Positions 1 to 12,977 of a DNA stretch of 63,412 nt are shown one piece after another (the stretch's first letter is position 1; each line of letters begins with the position of its first letter). The DNA is taken from assembly GCA_001938485.1 (NCBI GenBank), contig MQRK01218860.1, positions 1-63,412 of the forward strand, in the 5' to 3' direction. Source of the DNA: Girardia tigrina. Lineage: Eukaryota. Below the pieces are notes generated by a model. That model was not told where the DNA came from, ran no database searches, and saw nothing but the letters and a program-made list of their open reading frames with translations. Position numbers and translations under genes: made by a program.

Positions 1-3000
1 ACGCAATTCCTCACTCACCACACACATCACAAAACAGAGGCAGAAAGCAGTGAACAAAACACACAAAAAAAATGAGGCTCACAACCGCCGTACTGCCGAA
101 TGATCGATTACTTATTGTATCACACGATTAAGAGTGCGTGTGTTGAACACAACTCGCGACAACTCATGAATCCAATCGACATATTTGACGACGATAACGA
201 CGAGATTTATCGACAATCGATTTTATTGTTCATTAATAATTCAATAAATAAATCGAAGTCAAATTAAATTTGTAATAATAATTCTGTGATCATAACTTCG
301 ATAGATCAAGTTGCTGATGCAATATTGAATTTTCTTTCTTTAAACTGATATTTTTGGCTAATAATCTTTTGAATTCGTCGTAAACACCATTCTTAATAAT
401 GGTTTCACAAAAAGAACCGGTTTCATTTAAAATAAAATTGATTTCCGGCCTTGTCTCGGGACATTTAGAAATAAGATTCATGATGTGAGGAGTGTCAATG
501 GTTTTACAGCAATCATCGCAAAACCATATGAACGCGATGATCATATGTATATTTATTTATATATATATACATATATATATATACTTATATATATTTAATT
601 TAATTAATTTAATTTTTATTTTTAGTTTAATTTTATTTTAATTTATAAAATGGGTTAAAAAATGGGTCCAAGGTAATCGCAGCGCGACCAATCGTATATT
701 TATTATGAAAACTGTATTATTATTTGTATAAAACAGACTAAAGGTTTATTTATATTGTTTTATTAATTGTCAATTAAACGACTCTCGATACAAAATACCG
801 AAAGATCGGATAATTTTAAAAGTATCACTCTTTCTGCAACGTCGGAGCTTCCGAATATTTATATATATATATATATATTAATTGTCTACGAAATAATTAT
901 ATGTTACGGTCCACTATCATTAAAATTCGGTTAAAAAACAAAACACCCATAAATCAAAATACATAAAAGATAAAAAACACGAGAATACTATTACGTTAGA
1001 TATATATTAAAAACAAGCAATAAAAGCGATAAGTTCATTCGTGACCCCTTTCATGTCGCACTGAGAAGAGTTACCGGCCCTGAAACGAAATAATTAATTA
1101 AAACATCCGACAGAAAACAAATAAGTCACCTCTTGGACGACCCGTTGTTGTTAAGGCGTTAACCGACCCCCCCACGTATAGCCCATTGTAAGACCAACCC
1201 TTGACGAAAACTCACCAGGTCGTGAGATACCCTCCTGAAAAGTTATCAACCCTAAAAAGAAAATAATCAATTAAAAACCAGACAGAAAATGACAAAGTTA
1301 CCTCCAAGGTGAGCCATTGACGTTATAAGACCAACGGACCACCCACATGTAGCCCCGGAGACGAGGAATCCTTGAAGACCACCCGCAAAGTTCTGACACG
1401 TTCCCCTGAAAAGCTATACCCCTGAAAAGAAATATAAATTGATTAAAAAGAACAAAGGTTAATTAAGTGAAACAAAGCACGGTAAATAAAACTTACGGTG
1501 AGTCAGGCCCACAAAGAAAGAACAGCGTCACGCGATGAATAGTCATCGGTGACAAAGGAGNNNNNNNNNNNNNNNNNNNNNNNNNNNNNNNNNNNNNNNN
1601 NNNNNNNNNNACAAAGGAGCCTTGTGACGAAGCAGTTTGGACATGCTGCATGGAAACTACCCAGCTCGACAAATCAGAGTTTGAAAATAACCAGCCTGGC
1701 CAACCAGAAGCGGCCACGATTAGAAGACAAACGAAATGGTGAGTGTTATAAATACGATATTCACTCACAATTATTTGCACAATTTTTTTTCACGATTCTT
1801 GCAAATTTTCTTGCACAATTTTCTTGCGATATTTGCATAATTTTCACAACTTCGACCAAGTTAAAAGAAAACATTCGGAACGTGTGACCAGAACTCGACG
1901 CGAAGACAACTACGAAGAAAAGGAACTCCGACTAGGAGACGTACAACTAGACGAGGACTCGACGCCGTAATTGACGAAAGAGGACGAGCGATAACGAACA
2001 CAGTAATCTACCTGCGACGAGCGACCCACAGACGTTTCGATCCGAGTGACACGCCGACGAGGAAAAGTATCAGACGACCGAGACATTCAACCGGATTCCC
2101 GATTTTAACTGTAAATTTTAATGTATTATGTTGATTGATTGCGGGTTATTAATATTTATCGTTTAATAAACGTCTTGGATAATATTATTACGGTTTTATT
2201 TTATTCGGTTCTATTTTAATTTTTTATTTATTTATTTATCGTAGTTATTTAAGAAGTTTTAATGAACCGTTTGCGTAGTAAACACTTACCTTCCGTACCA
2301 GAATAGGTTCAGCCCCGTCACCGCCGTCACCGTTTCTCAGTGGGATGCCCCGAGGCGTCATGCGTTTGAGCACTCCGATAGAGCGCATAGAGGATCACCC
2401 AGTACCGATGATTATCAACGTCTTTTCGATTTCGATCGAAGCGTTTCTTGGGGGGCGCTGTATTGAATCCTTCCTCGACATCGTAGGATCGCGGGTTCAT
2501 CCATACCGAGCGAGATAATCGTGAATTCCAACCCCAACTTTAATTTGAATTCAAGCGACCTTCGATCGAAATTCATTTATATTATTTCAACAAATATATT
2601 TTGGCGTAAATTTTATTCCGAGTTTTCATTTGTGCGAGAAAGAGGTTTTTTCGAGTTTTAGTTTTTATACATACGATTTTATCGTTACCAGTAATTTCAC
2701 CGGAAATTTAATCCTTATTTTATGAATTCTAGGCATAACGTTGTTGTTCTAAAGGAAATTTTACTAAATTGTTACTGCGAAATTGTTACTGGATTATGAT
2801 TGCGACAATAATCTGTTGATAATTTTTTTTATTTTTCGGTAAAATGAAATTAGTGATTAAATATCGATAACTCTGATTTTTAAGACAATAGTGGTGGGGC
2901 CACTCGGGAAACAATTGAATTTCAAATATAACTTTTCCATAATTTTAGTCATTTTGTTAAATTGTTTTTATCTTTGATTTTAAAGTGGAGTTTTGTTAAT

Positions 3001-4520
3001 AATAATTAAAAATTAATTATCAATCACATGGTTTAGAGATTTTAGATGATGTATATAATAAATATGGGTGTGGTTTTTCAATTACAGTTAGTAAATAGAG
3101 AATTTAGAGTCTTGATTTAGAAATTTAATTTACCATGGTTTCGGAGTTAGTCGTATAAACATAACTAAGCTGACTTGTACGAACTGCAAAAGACGAAAAG
3201 TGAGATTAGGAAGTGAGGATTGTAAAAATGTAAAGAATTACCTTTTCAATGCAGCTGTTTTATAAGAAATTAGGTTAAAATTCTTTTTGATATAAATTAT
3301 TTAAAAAATCTAAAATGTGTCTACAGGTTGCTATGCAATTTGTATTGATAAAACACATTATTTTTTGATTTTATTGTTATCAGGAAATTTAAGAAAATAG
3401 GATTGTAATTGCATCCTTTGAGTAATTTAGTTAATTTTCGCCATTCACTTTAATTTGAGAATTTTCGAATTAGATTAGGAATTACTATTTCTATGAGTTA
3501 GTGAATTACGCGAACTGTTTCTAGGAACTCTTGCAAATTATTAACTGGAATTGTTAAATAAAATTATTAACTGGGATTTATATTGACGTAATTATTTTAC
3601 CGATTTACGGATAGAATTTTGTTTTGTTTGGAATGAAATTGGGAGTTAAATTGAAAATTAAATTGAGATTTCTTTAATACAATTACAAGTTATTCAATCC
3701 CTAATAAAGAAATGATATGAATTATTATTTTGTTGCAGCTCGTAATTTAATTTTGATAATAATCTAATTTTGATAATCTAATTCATAATAATTCATAAAT
3801 CATAATTTAATTTTGATAATAATAATTACTTTGATCGATATAAATATATTTGACATAAATATTAATACAAGTGATATGAATATAAATACAATTGTTGTAT
3901 GGAAACAATGAATCCGTGCAAGATGCAAAGGTACCGATTGTCGGTATGCTGCGAAACAAATGAGCTACACAACGGTAACGATACATACTGTTGCTGTCAA
4001 TACTTTTAGAAACCCAACAGTGCTACAAGTCACATTACACAACATTGCCCTAAGCTCAACATCACATAACACCAGGCCACAAGTTATAAATCGACATAAC
4101 AATGCAATAAGTTTACACGCGTATATAACAATGCCTCAAGTCTCCGAGATATAGACACACAGCAGGGTAATAAGTTTCATATCATACATCACAGTTTTGT
4201 AATACACAATAAATATAACAATAGATGATAGGGCTTCGAATTATAGTTAGGAAGAATATCATCCCCGAGCGACACTCCGCTAGGTGGGGGGCCCATAGCC
4301 CATCCCATCTTTATCTGAACCCGCAGGCCCTTCAGACTCGGCACTGCCAGGCAGATGTCAAGCGAGAAGAAGCGTCCGACCCATAAATAAATCTAGTACT
4401 TAAATGAGTATTAAAATAGTCTGTAAAATAGTATAAACTGAAACCGGGTTGTGACTGACCCTTAATAGTCACTGGGGGCTCTGAGCGTTCAAAACTGCTA
4501 CGAACGAATGGGTCGTGACA

Positions 4521-5921
4521 AATAAGAATTTTGTAAATCAGTTTAAGAATTTTGTATTTCCATTTAAGAAATTCGTCAATTCATTTATGACTTTGTGTAA
4601 ATATTGCGAAATATACAAGTTTACAAATACCTAAATCACAGANNNNNAAACTAAAATGAATAGCTAAAATTTATTTAATTCCCATCATATATTGGTGTTC
4701 TACTCAAACACTTTGGAAGGAATGAAAAGACATTCCTAAAATATCCAGAACAATCTTCAGCCGTTATATATTAACTAAACTTATCTATATAGGCAAATAA
4801 TTCTGCTTCAGAGTTTGGTCGTGATTCACGTATCATTCCTTTCCATTTCGAAAACATATTTTCAATCGGATTGAGGAATGGCGAATACGGTGGCAAAAAC
4901 TTCAATTCGCATATATTTGCATCCACATGCATTGCTAAAAATTTGTATTTTATGGATTGGTGCTTGTGAAATCGGACATTATCCATAATGACCACAGAAC
5001 GACAGATATGTTCATCTTTGATATACTGTAAAATTTCATCGATGAAATTAGCAAAGGTTGCTGTGTTGAACGCCGATGTTTGGGTCACATATTTTACTAT
5101 TCTACCCTTATTCATTGCGCAACATACAGAAATATTCGTTGATCTAAGGCATATCACGTTATGTACAGCTGGTGATCCAGCTAAAGATCGTCCTCTTTTA
5201 CTTCTAATAGAAACATTAAAACCAACTTCATCAACGAAAAATAAATTATTTTCATCAAGATTGGATAAAATGTNNNNNNNNNNNNNNGCATAATCGTATC
5301 TTTCATTCAAGGACTTCTCATCATTTCTACGTTCAGGGATTAATGTTGCAGACTTTAAGGTATAATTAAAGCAACCAATATATCTGTCAATTGTTTTCAG
5401 ACAGACTGCAACATTAAATTTTGAACACAAAAGTCCTTGAATGTGCTGAAGAGTAATTCCGCAATTTTCATCAATTCATGATTTAATGGCATCAACATGG
5501 TCTTCGATTAAAGCTTTTCTTCTTGGTCCTCCTTTCAGTTTTTGTTCAATACTATTTTCTTTCTCGTAGACCTGAATAATCGAATACACTGTTTTATACT
5601 TCAAATTAAGAATTGAAGTAATTTCGATAACAGAATGGTTCGTCATATACGAGTCAATAATCATTTTCTTTATTTCATTACAAACTGCCATATCTAAAGA
5701 AAATATATATGTAGTAAAAAATAAAAAACAGTTTATTCTACTTTACAAATTTAAATAATTATAATTGTAAACTAAATGTATATTTAAACAAATTCCTAAA
5801 TTGATTGTCAAAATTCTTAAACGGATATGCAAAATTCTTAAATTGATTGTCAAAATTCTTAAACGGATTTACAAATTCTGACGTTGAATTACAATTTTCT
5901 GAAATGTGCTGACAAACCCTG
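4521..5921 (-). mobile_element. IS630/Tc1-superfamily DNA transposon, left end truncated
   Basis: Right end reads TA|CAGGGTTTGTCAGC on the - strand. Inverted subterminal repeats: TTTAAGAATTT copies at 4521-4600 and AAATTCTTAAA copies at 5790-5880. Encloses a DDE transposase. Confidence 0.8.
4675..5691 (-). pseudogene. DDE_3 (IS630/Tc1-like) transposase with two in-frame stops
   Basis: ORFs 5476-5691 and 4771-5430 share one frame, which continues to a TAA at 4675. N-terminal HTH region; motifs FVDEVGF, VIMDNVRFH and FLPPYSPFLNPIE. Confidence 0.88.
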
Positions 5922-7701
5922 TATTAAAATTAAATTGGGCATTCTATTAGACGTGTGCTCTTACTGTCGGATTAAAAGTTCTCGTCGGCTGAGATCGAAG
6001 TGTTGATTTGACCTTTCTTTCTTTGAATTAGTTCGGAGCTTGTCTATGCTTGATATTGAAGTTTCGACTCGTCACATGTAGTTGGTAAAAAGATGTATAT
6101 AATAATGATGATATTGATGCTGTTGAAGTTTTTTTTCGCTGAAGTGGTAATTGTAGTTGAAGTTGAGATTGCAGTTGTGAAAACAAAATCGAATCCAAAA
6201 TCAAAATCAAGAATAACAAATTGGAACTGGTTGAACGCTGCTTTTATACCAACCTCATCAACACAGCACGAGCTGGGGTCTCAATCGATGCATGCGGTGT
6301 GTCTTCTGGCGTATCTAGGTGAATATAAAATTCTATGATCAACACAAAATCAAAACAAGTTAATATTTCTTTAATTCAATATATATATTTATTATTTACG
6401 ACTTACAAAATATGTTAGAAGTAAAACTTAATCTTTATCTTTTGATTTTTTTAAATTTAAATCGATGGAGAAATACTTCGTACTTGCCCTAGGTTAGTTT
6501 AAATATAGATAATTATATAATACTTTAATTATATAAATTTATATATTTCTTGGGGTATTGGGTAGATATTTGCAATTTATATATATAATTGAAATTAAGA
6601 AACAAACAGAAATTATTAAAATATTAAATATATTGTATCTTTATAAAAATTACAAATTAAAAATATGAAACATTTTGAAACCTTATTTAAGTTTATCGTA
6701 GGCGGTGGGATACTACATCCTCACGACCTTCTTATGTTAGAAAAAGGTTAGATAACTATGAAAATTTAACGGATTTTCCTTTAGCGATTTACCTTTCAAT
6801 TAATGAAACTTTTTGCAGTGGTTATTTTGACTTCCATTTTTACAAGTAGATGCATGGTTTTATACTCTGTTGATAACGCTAATGTTCGAAGTTCAGTGCG
6901 TGACAGTCCAAAGTTTATTTACTAAAAATAGAACACTTAGGTCGAATGTTTTTTTAATTAAAATCTAATTAACATTTTGTTGTACTTTTTTATCATTTTC
7001 TTTCCTTTTTATACTTCTTTTTAAAATGTTTAATTGCTATATTTACAAATTAATGTTTAATATTTTTATTTTTTATGTAAATATTTGTTGTGGTTGTGTG
7101 GTGTTTAAAACATGTAAACATATCTTGGGAAACTGAGTCGTTTGGCTTTGAGCCCCCAGGTTATCGGTAACCAACCATAAAACACTATCATACTAATACA
7201 ACCTCTGTATGTACATTTTAATTCCTACTCTTTCAATATCTATGACCACAACTTGCCTCTCACCCAGCATACCATCTGCACGCAGTGATAAGTGATGAGG
7301 ACCTTCCAGGTTCCAGATCTACACAGGTTTAAGACCAGATAGACCAGATCAGCCCTAATGGGTATGATGTGATGTTAGATTAAAACGATTTTCATTAATG
7401 TCGTAACCCCATGTTGTGTCAACCCCAATTACTGTGTGTTATATTTACTATGTTGAACCCCCTTAACCGGTATAATAGCTATGACAACCTTTCATCTTTT
7501 AATATTTTTATCATTATAAAACTATTTACAAAAGTATGAGCTCGAATACCCTAACGCAAATCCTCCATTCATGTATGTGATTTTGGTGTCAAGATAAAGA
7601 GTTATAGAAAAAGAAAGAAATGCTAAAATTTTAAACTAATCAGTGCATGCAATGTTTTAAAACAATATATCAACAACTCATATAAAACTCATATATAAAT
7701 T

Positions 7702-8315
7702 TTATTTTGAAAAACACTTAATTACATTATCTATGCTCTTACGGAGCCTTTGTCGTTTTCGTCTATTGACATAATCTTCTCNNNNNNNNNNNNNNNNNNN
7801 NNNNNNNNNNNNNNNNNNNNNNNNNNNNNNNNNNNNNNNNNNNNNNNNNNNNNNNNNNNNNNNNNNNNNNNNNNNNNNNNNNNNNNNNNNNNNNNNNNNN
7901 NNNNNNNNNNNNNNNNNNNNNNNNNNNNNNNNNNNNNNNNNNNNNNNNNNNNNNNNNNNNNNNNNNNNNNNNNNNNNNNNNNNNNNNNNNNNNNNNNNNN
8001 NNNNNNNNNNNNNNNNNNNNNNNNNTATCTCTTGGCGATCTGTCGCCCTGGCTTTTCTTAACACTTTGTTTTCTTGCTGCAATCTCTCAATGGTTTTCTT
8101 AGCCTCTCGTAATTCTATTTCTTGTATCATTATCTAAAAATTATAACAGTTAAAATACGAGTTGATGATTTATTATTTAATCCCTATTCTACATAAGCGG
8201 TCATGAAAGATAGCAGTCGGATTCCGAAACTGCCTTCCGGTATGAATTCTTGAGCTTTGTTGTCACTCAGAGACTTCATAGACCGGGGACTTATTCTGGC
8301 CGCGCAAAAACGCAT
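7702..8315 (-). CDS. orphan spliced coiled-coil protein (putative)
   Basis: ORF 8184-8372 joins ORF 7702-8130 in phase 0 through a 59-nt GT-AG intron (8134-8192): ...FMTAY|IMIQEIELREAKKTIERLQQENKVL.... Partly masked by Ns. Confidence 0.4.
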
Positions 8316-8702
8316 GCCGGAACCAGCCTTCAAGAAATGTAATAAAATAATTTTAAGGGTTGTCCTACCCAAGGGTATTCGAGCTGAACTAAGTTATAAA
8401 GTAAAATAAAATAAATTATTGTGAAATATTTATAATTGTAACATAATTAATAATAACAAATAATTAATAATAACAACAAAAAAAAATAATAATTGGGTGA
8501 CCGACCGCTCGGTAAAATAAATTTAAATATTCGGGACCCGAGAGAGAGAGTAATCCATTACTTTCCCTCTCGGTCGCGAAAGTTCTAACAATACCAACCT
8601 AGCGTTTCAAATTTGATTCTCGAAAATATTCAGTTTACAAGTCAACTTTTATTCTCTTTGATTCTCAAAATTTTAGTGTGTTTTCTGTCAAAAACTGCTC
8701 GG

Positions 8703-8794
8703 TATTTATACTAGAATTTTTGTCTAAAATTGTCGCGTGTTGAATCTTAATTGGTCCACGTACGTTTTGGAATCGTACGACCAATTTCGATTGG
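8703..8794. promoter_or_regulatory. TATA box plus three CCAAT boxes (candidate bidirectional promoter)
   Basis: TATAAATA on the - strand at 8703-8710; ATTGG at 8750 and 8790; CCAAT at 8781. Spliced units diverge on both sides. Confidence 0.4.
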
Positions 8795-10616
8795 AACACG
8801 TCAGTTCTATTTTTGGACTTTCTAAAATTAAAAAATTTTGGATCGATGATTAATCCGGTAAGTACATTTGTTTTGTTTTAATTTTACTAATTTTGATAAT
8901 CTTTTCAGCCTTTTTCCGGACCTTCGGATGATGGTTGTTTTATCGGACCAAATGGATCCCATCGGTGACGATGTCCTACGCGCGCATTTCAAACCGCGTT
9001 TCCAAATTCCAACGGAAAGTAAGTTATTTTTACATTTTTAACTTGACCTTTAATATTTTATTGTAAATTTTCGTTTATTTTCCCCCGTGTGCCGGCGCAA
9101 TGTATAGGCCCGCCTCTGCGACTTATCCAGAGGAGAGTGGGGACTCTATTTTATCATTATATCTACTAATATTCGATTTGATAACTACTTTTATAATTTT
9201 TGTCGAATTTAACATTTTTATTTGCATTTTGCACGATATTTTTACGATATTTATCTCGTTCAACTTTCTGGTAAATTTAGGAATATTTCGTGCTTTTTGC
9301 TACTATTTATTATATGCGCTGTTCTTCGATTTTCATGTTCGACATCGATTTCGTTCGGATTTCTATGCGGAGTTCGATGATTTCCGTTAATCTATTTATT
9401 TCTGATTTTTTGAATAATTTTTTAGATTTTTCCGCGTCCAATTCATTCCGTTTGGTACATTTTCGATTATTAATTTATTGCGGCTTCGATGGATATTTAT
9501 CATTATTGCGTGTTTGCAGCTTTTTACGTTACTCTACATCGATTGGAATCTGTTTCAGTGGCGTCCGCGTAATATTGGACTCATTGATTGATTATTTTGA
9601 ATGATTTTCGATTTAACTGATTTTTTATGTTTCTTTTCGTATTTTTCTATTTTCGCTGCATATTTTTCATGATTTCTATGGCATAATTTTTATCATAATT
9701 TTTACGAATTTTTTCCGCTCTGATCGATCGATTTTCATTCAGATTTACGTTTTTTGGTCACAATATTGCAATAAAATACAATTTTATTAATTTTCAATTA
9801 TTTTCATTCGAAATCTTGATCGATTAGTATTGATTATAAGGTTTTCGCATCATGTTGATTTTTCTACGATTTTTCCGATTATTTTATGAATTTTTCGTCT
9901 TCATTTTGTGAGATTTTCATCGTTATTTTATTTGGCGATTTTCCAATTTATACTATTTTTATATTTATTTGCTATTTTCACTCGTTTTTCGATGCGATTA
10001 TGATCTTTTATTATCTGTTGGTATTTTACGAGTATTTTCATGATTTTTCCGACTATTTTATTTGTTTATTTCATTCAAATCCGTTCATTAATCGTTATTT
10101 ATCGATTATTTATTTATTATTTTTACTTCGACTTTGTTATTTTTCTGCGAATTCTCAACGGATTTCCGTAATTTTTGTTTTATTTTGCTCGTAAAATTAT
10201 TTGGGAATTTTTCATTATTCTTGCGGATTTTTATCTATTCATTTGCGCACGTTATTCTGATTTTATCGATTATTTGTCTATATTTATTTACTTTTCCGCT
10301 AATATTTACACTTTTTATCCCATTTATATACATTTTAACACTTTTTATTGCTGATTTGTTACAATTCGTATGTTTTTTGTGTGATTCCTCTTGTTTTTCA
10401 TGTTTTGCGATATTTTCGATTATTTTGTTTAAATCGATACTTACATTTTATATGTTTTTACTAAATTTTGGTTCTAACGCAACATTTTCTATTTTTCTAA
10501 ACATTTTTATTCTCATTATTTATTTGTTTTTATTATTGATTTTATAGTAAAAAGTAAATAATTTTCTTATTTTACTAATTTAAACAAAATTTAAATTTAA
10601 AAATTTTATTAATACT

Positions 10617-10930
10617 TGGCTGTCCCAAAAGTCCTTAGGTGGCCTTTAAAAACACACTAATATTTTTCCAAATTTAATCAAATTTGGACTGAATATTATT
10701 CAGACTGTCATAAATACTATGTTAAAATTTCAACGCATAAAATTAAAAAAAGTAAAATTTCGTTTTATTAAAGTTTTGAAATTTTAAAAGTGCAGCGAAT
10801 TCAAATCAAGCGGTTTTTAAAAATGGAACCAAATAAATGTTGCCAACATTTTTTTGTTCTAACTCAAAGTAAAAGAGGATTCTCTGCTTCAGAAATTCTT
10901 CAGCAACTTCAACAGGCATGGGAAGACGCA
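10617..10930 (+). mobile_element. mariner 5' fragment
   Basis: TIR-like start TTGGCTGTCCCAAAAGT, followed by an N-terminal HTH-like peptide MEPNKCCQHFFVLTQSKRGFSASEILQQLQQAWED. Confidence 0.5.
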
Positions 10931-10939
10931 AATCACCAA

Positions 10940-11820
10940 GCATTGACAAATACTTTCTTTAATTTGTGAATTGTAAAATATCGTCAATTCCGGGAATTGG
11001 GTAACGGTCCAGGATCGTCTGCTGATTTAACAATCGATAATCTCTGCACACTCTGTATTTGAGTCTTGTTGAACAAAAAACTTATAAAACTTATGGTGGA
11101 TTGGGACGGTCGACATTTATTTTGTTGGATCATGTCCGAGAAACCACTCTTTGGCTGCTTTCAGTTTCGTACCGAAGAATCGTCTGACTGGTTGACTGAA
11201 TAAATGGATTTTGTGAACAACCGAGTCCGTGTTTAGTGACTTCACGAACGATCAATCCTGTTGCTGTCTGGGCTGAATATTGTTTATATAGACGTCGGGA
11301 CGGTTGACAATATGATCGAAATATCTGGCGGTGTTTGATCGAATATTAAATCTACTATTTCGGCCAAATTATCAATGTCTTTAGCCCTGTGGTCAATGTT
11401 GTGGCAAAAAATTTGAGTCGGAAGTGCATGCTGGAATTTTAATTTAATTATTTCCTGACAGTCAATAATGGCGTCAGGGAATGCTTGACGTAAACTCTGA
11501 AGTAGTACTGACGGTTTTTTGAGTTCTTTTGTTCAGGTGCATAGTGCTGCCTCCATTCGCGCATATTTCGATTTTTGGCTTTGCTTGATGATGTACGATT
11601 TCAATTTTTCGTAATTCTGGTTTAAGACAGTTTCGCGGGAGATCTTAGTTGCAATGTCTTCGGACAATGTTGACCACGCGTGGTTTAAATTTGATGACTG
11701 TGTTCACTATTTGGGCTAGCGCAATCTGAGATTCCATTTGCTAGAACCAGATGGTGCAGTTGTCAAAATAAAACTGCAGAATCTTGATTTCGATTCTTCG
11801 AATTTCGGCGTGGTCGCCAT
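10940..11820 (-). mobile_element. degenerate Gypsy-type gag remnant
   Basis: Interrupted frame QFYFDNCTIWF*QMESQIALAQI...NYEKLKSYII resembles the PFW...WF.Q.E gag N-terminus of Gypsy elements. Confidence 0.55.
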
Positions 11821-11908
11821 TGTTGCAATTCTCCGTACTCATAAACTGAAATTATAAGGGAGACAAATTAATGGAACTCAAAATTGTATTTTTATTAAAA
11901 TCGGTTTA

Positions 11909-12113
11909 TTCAAGTAAATTTTAGAAAAAATGAAAAATTTAGGTAAAATTCAGAAAAAAATGAAAAATCCAATAAATTTGAACAAATTTTCAAGAAATTT
12001 TTTTTTATTTTTTCGAAATTTTACATAAATTTTTCATTTTTTCTAAACTTAACTGAAGTTTTTCTTTTTTTATATTTATTGGATTTTTATTTTTTTTCTA
12101 AATTTTACTTGAA
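11909..12113. repeat. imperfect AT-rich inverted repeat (foldback/MITE-like)
   Basis: TTCAAGTAAATTTTAGAAAAAA...CCAATAAAT is mirrored by ATTTATTGG...TTTTTTCTAAATTTTACTTGAA. Confidence 0.55.
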
Positions 12114-12650
12114 TTTTTCATTTTTTAAAATTTTAATTTCTGAGACTTAAATGTCGCACCCCCGCGATTTCTATGATTCTTCATGTAATTTGTAATTACT
12201 TTTTTATTAATTGTGATAAAAATACACTAATAAGAAATTTACAATAATTTGATATTTATTCCAACTAATTAATAAATTAACCAGAAAATATAATTCATTC
12301 AAAGTAATATTTAATGAACATAAAAGGAACAAATTTTATTCTTTACGTAACTTTTTTATTTCAAAATTAAACTTAAAATGAGCTTGAAAAAAGCTTAAAA
12401 GTAAAAAAAATCAGAAAAATAATATGAATCAACTTTACATTTTGATACTATCAAAAAATTCAAAAAATAATAAAATTAGTTTTAACATAAATGAAAATTG
12501 ATTTTCCTCAACTGGAAATTTCACTTTGTTCATTTAAATGAATCAATATTATAAAAATTCAGTTCGTTATTTTAAATAAGTACATAGTTACAAATTATTT
12601 ATAACTATAAAATCGATTTTTATTTAATGTTTGATCGATTGTGAAACCCG

Positions 12651-12879
12651 ATGTCGTTGGACGAAGAATTCGAAAGTCAAGATTCCGATTTACCATTAAT
12701 TAACGTTTTGAACAACCGCGACGATGCCGTTTCGACTTCCGAATTGTGGGCGATTTTGAAAGAAACGTGTATTGCTTTGAAAACGTACATTAACAATATT
12801 GAGCCACGAAATTTTCAAATCGATGTAAATTGTTTAATGATCGATTCTTCGGGAAATATTAAAATTCATTTCGATTCAA
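12651..12879 (+). CDS. KIND-domain protein (KNDC1/v-KIND-like), exon 1, KIND1 N-terminal part
   Basis: LPLINVLNNRDDAVSTSELWAILKETCIAL...CLMIDSSGNIKI matches the KIND pattern (SL..IL..R...LSE.E.WA...E). Donor GTAAGA at 12880, phase 1. Confidence 0.75.
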
Positions 12880-12947
12880 GTAAGATTTAATTGTGTAACG
12901 GACGAGATTATTATCAATTAATGAAAGATTTATTGACGATTATTTAG

Positions 12948-12977
12948 ATAGACAGTTATTAGCTCATGAAATTCTGG
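12948..12977 (+). CDS. KIND-domain protein, exon 2 (3' boundary uncertain)
   Basis: Follows a 68-nt GT-AG intron and continues in frame as N-RQLLAHEIL, matching the KIND APE-like motif. Confidence 0.5.

Noticed and set aside
290-544. PHD-finger-like ORF (WFCDDC)
   Set aside because: Only one Cys pair, too short to support a domain call.
3893-4520. Solo LTR truncating the Tc1-like element
   Set aside because: It ends in TGACA and is GC-richer, but I could not fix a 5' boundary or TSD.
9100-10547. Phe/Ile/Leu-rich ORFs resembling membrane proteins
   Set aside because: T-rich DNA lacks stop codons by composition; the ORFs overlap in different frames and show no domain motifs.
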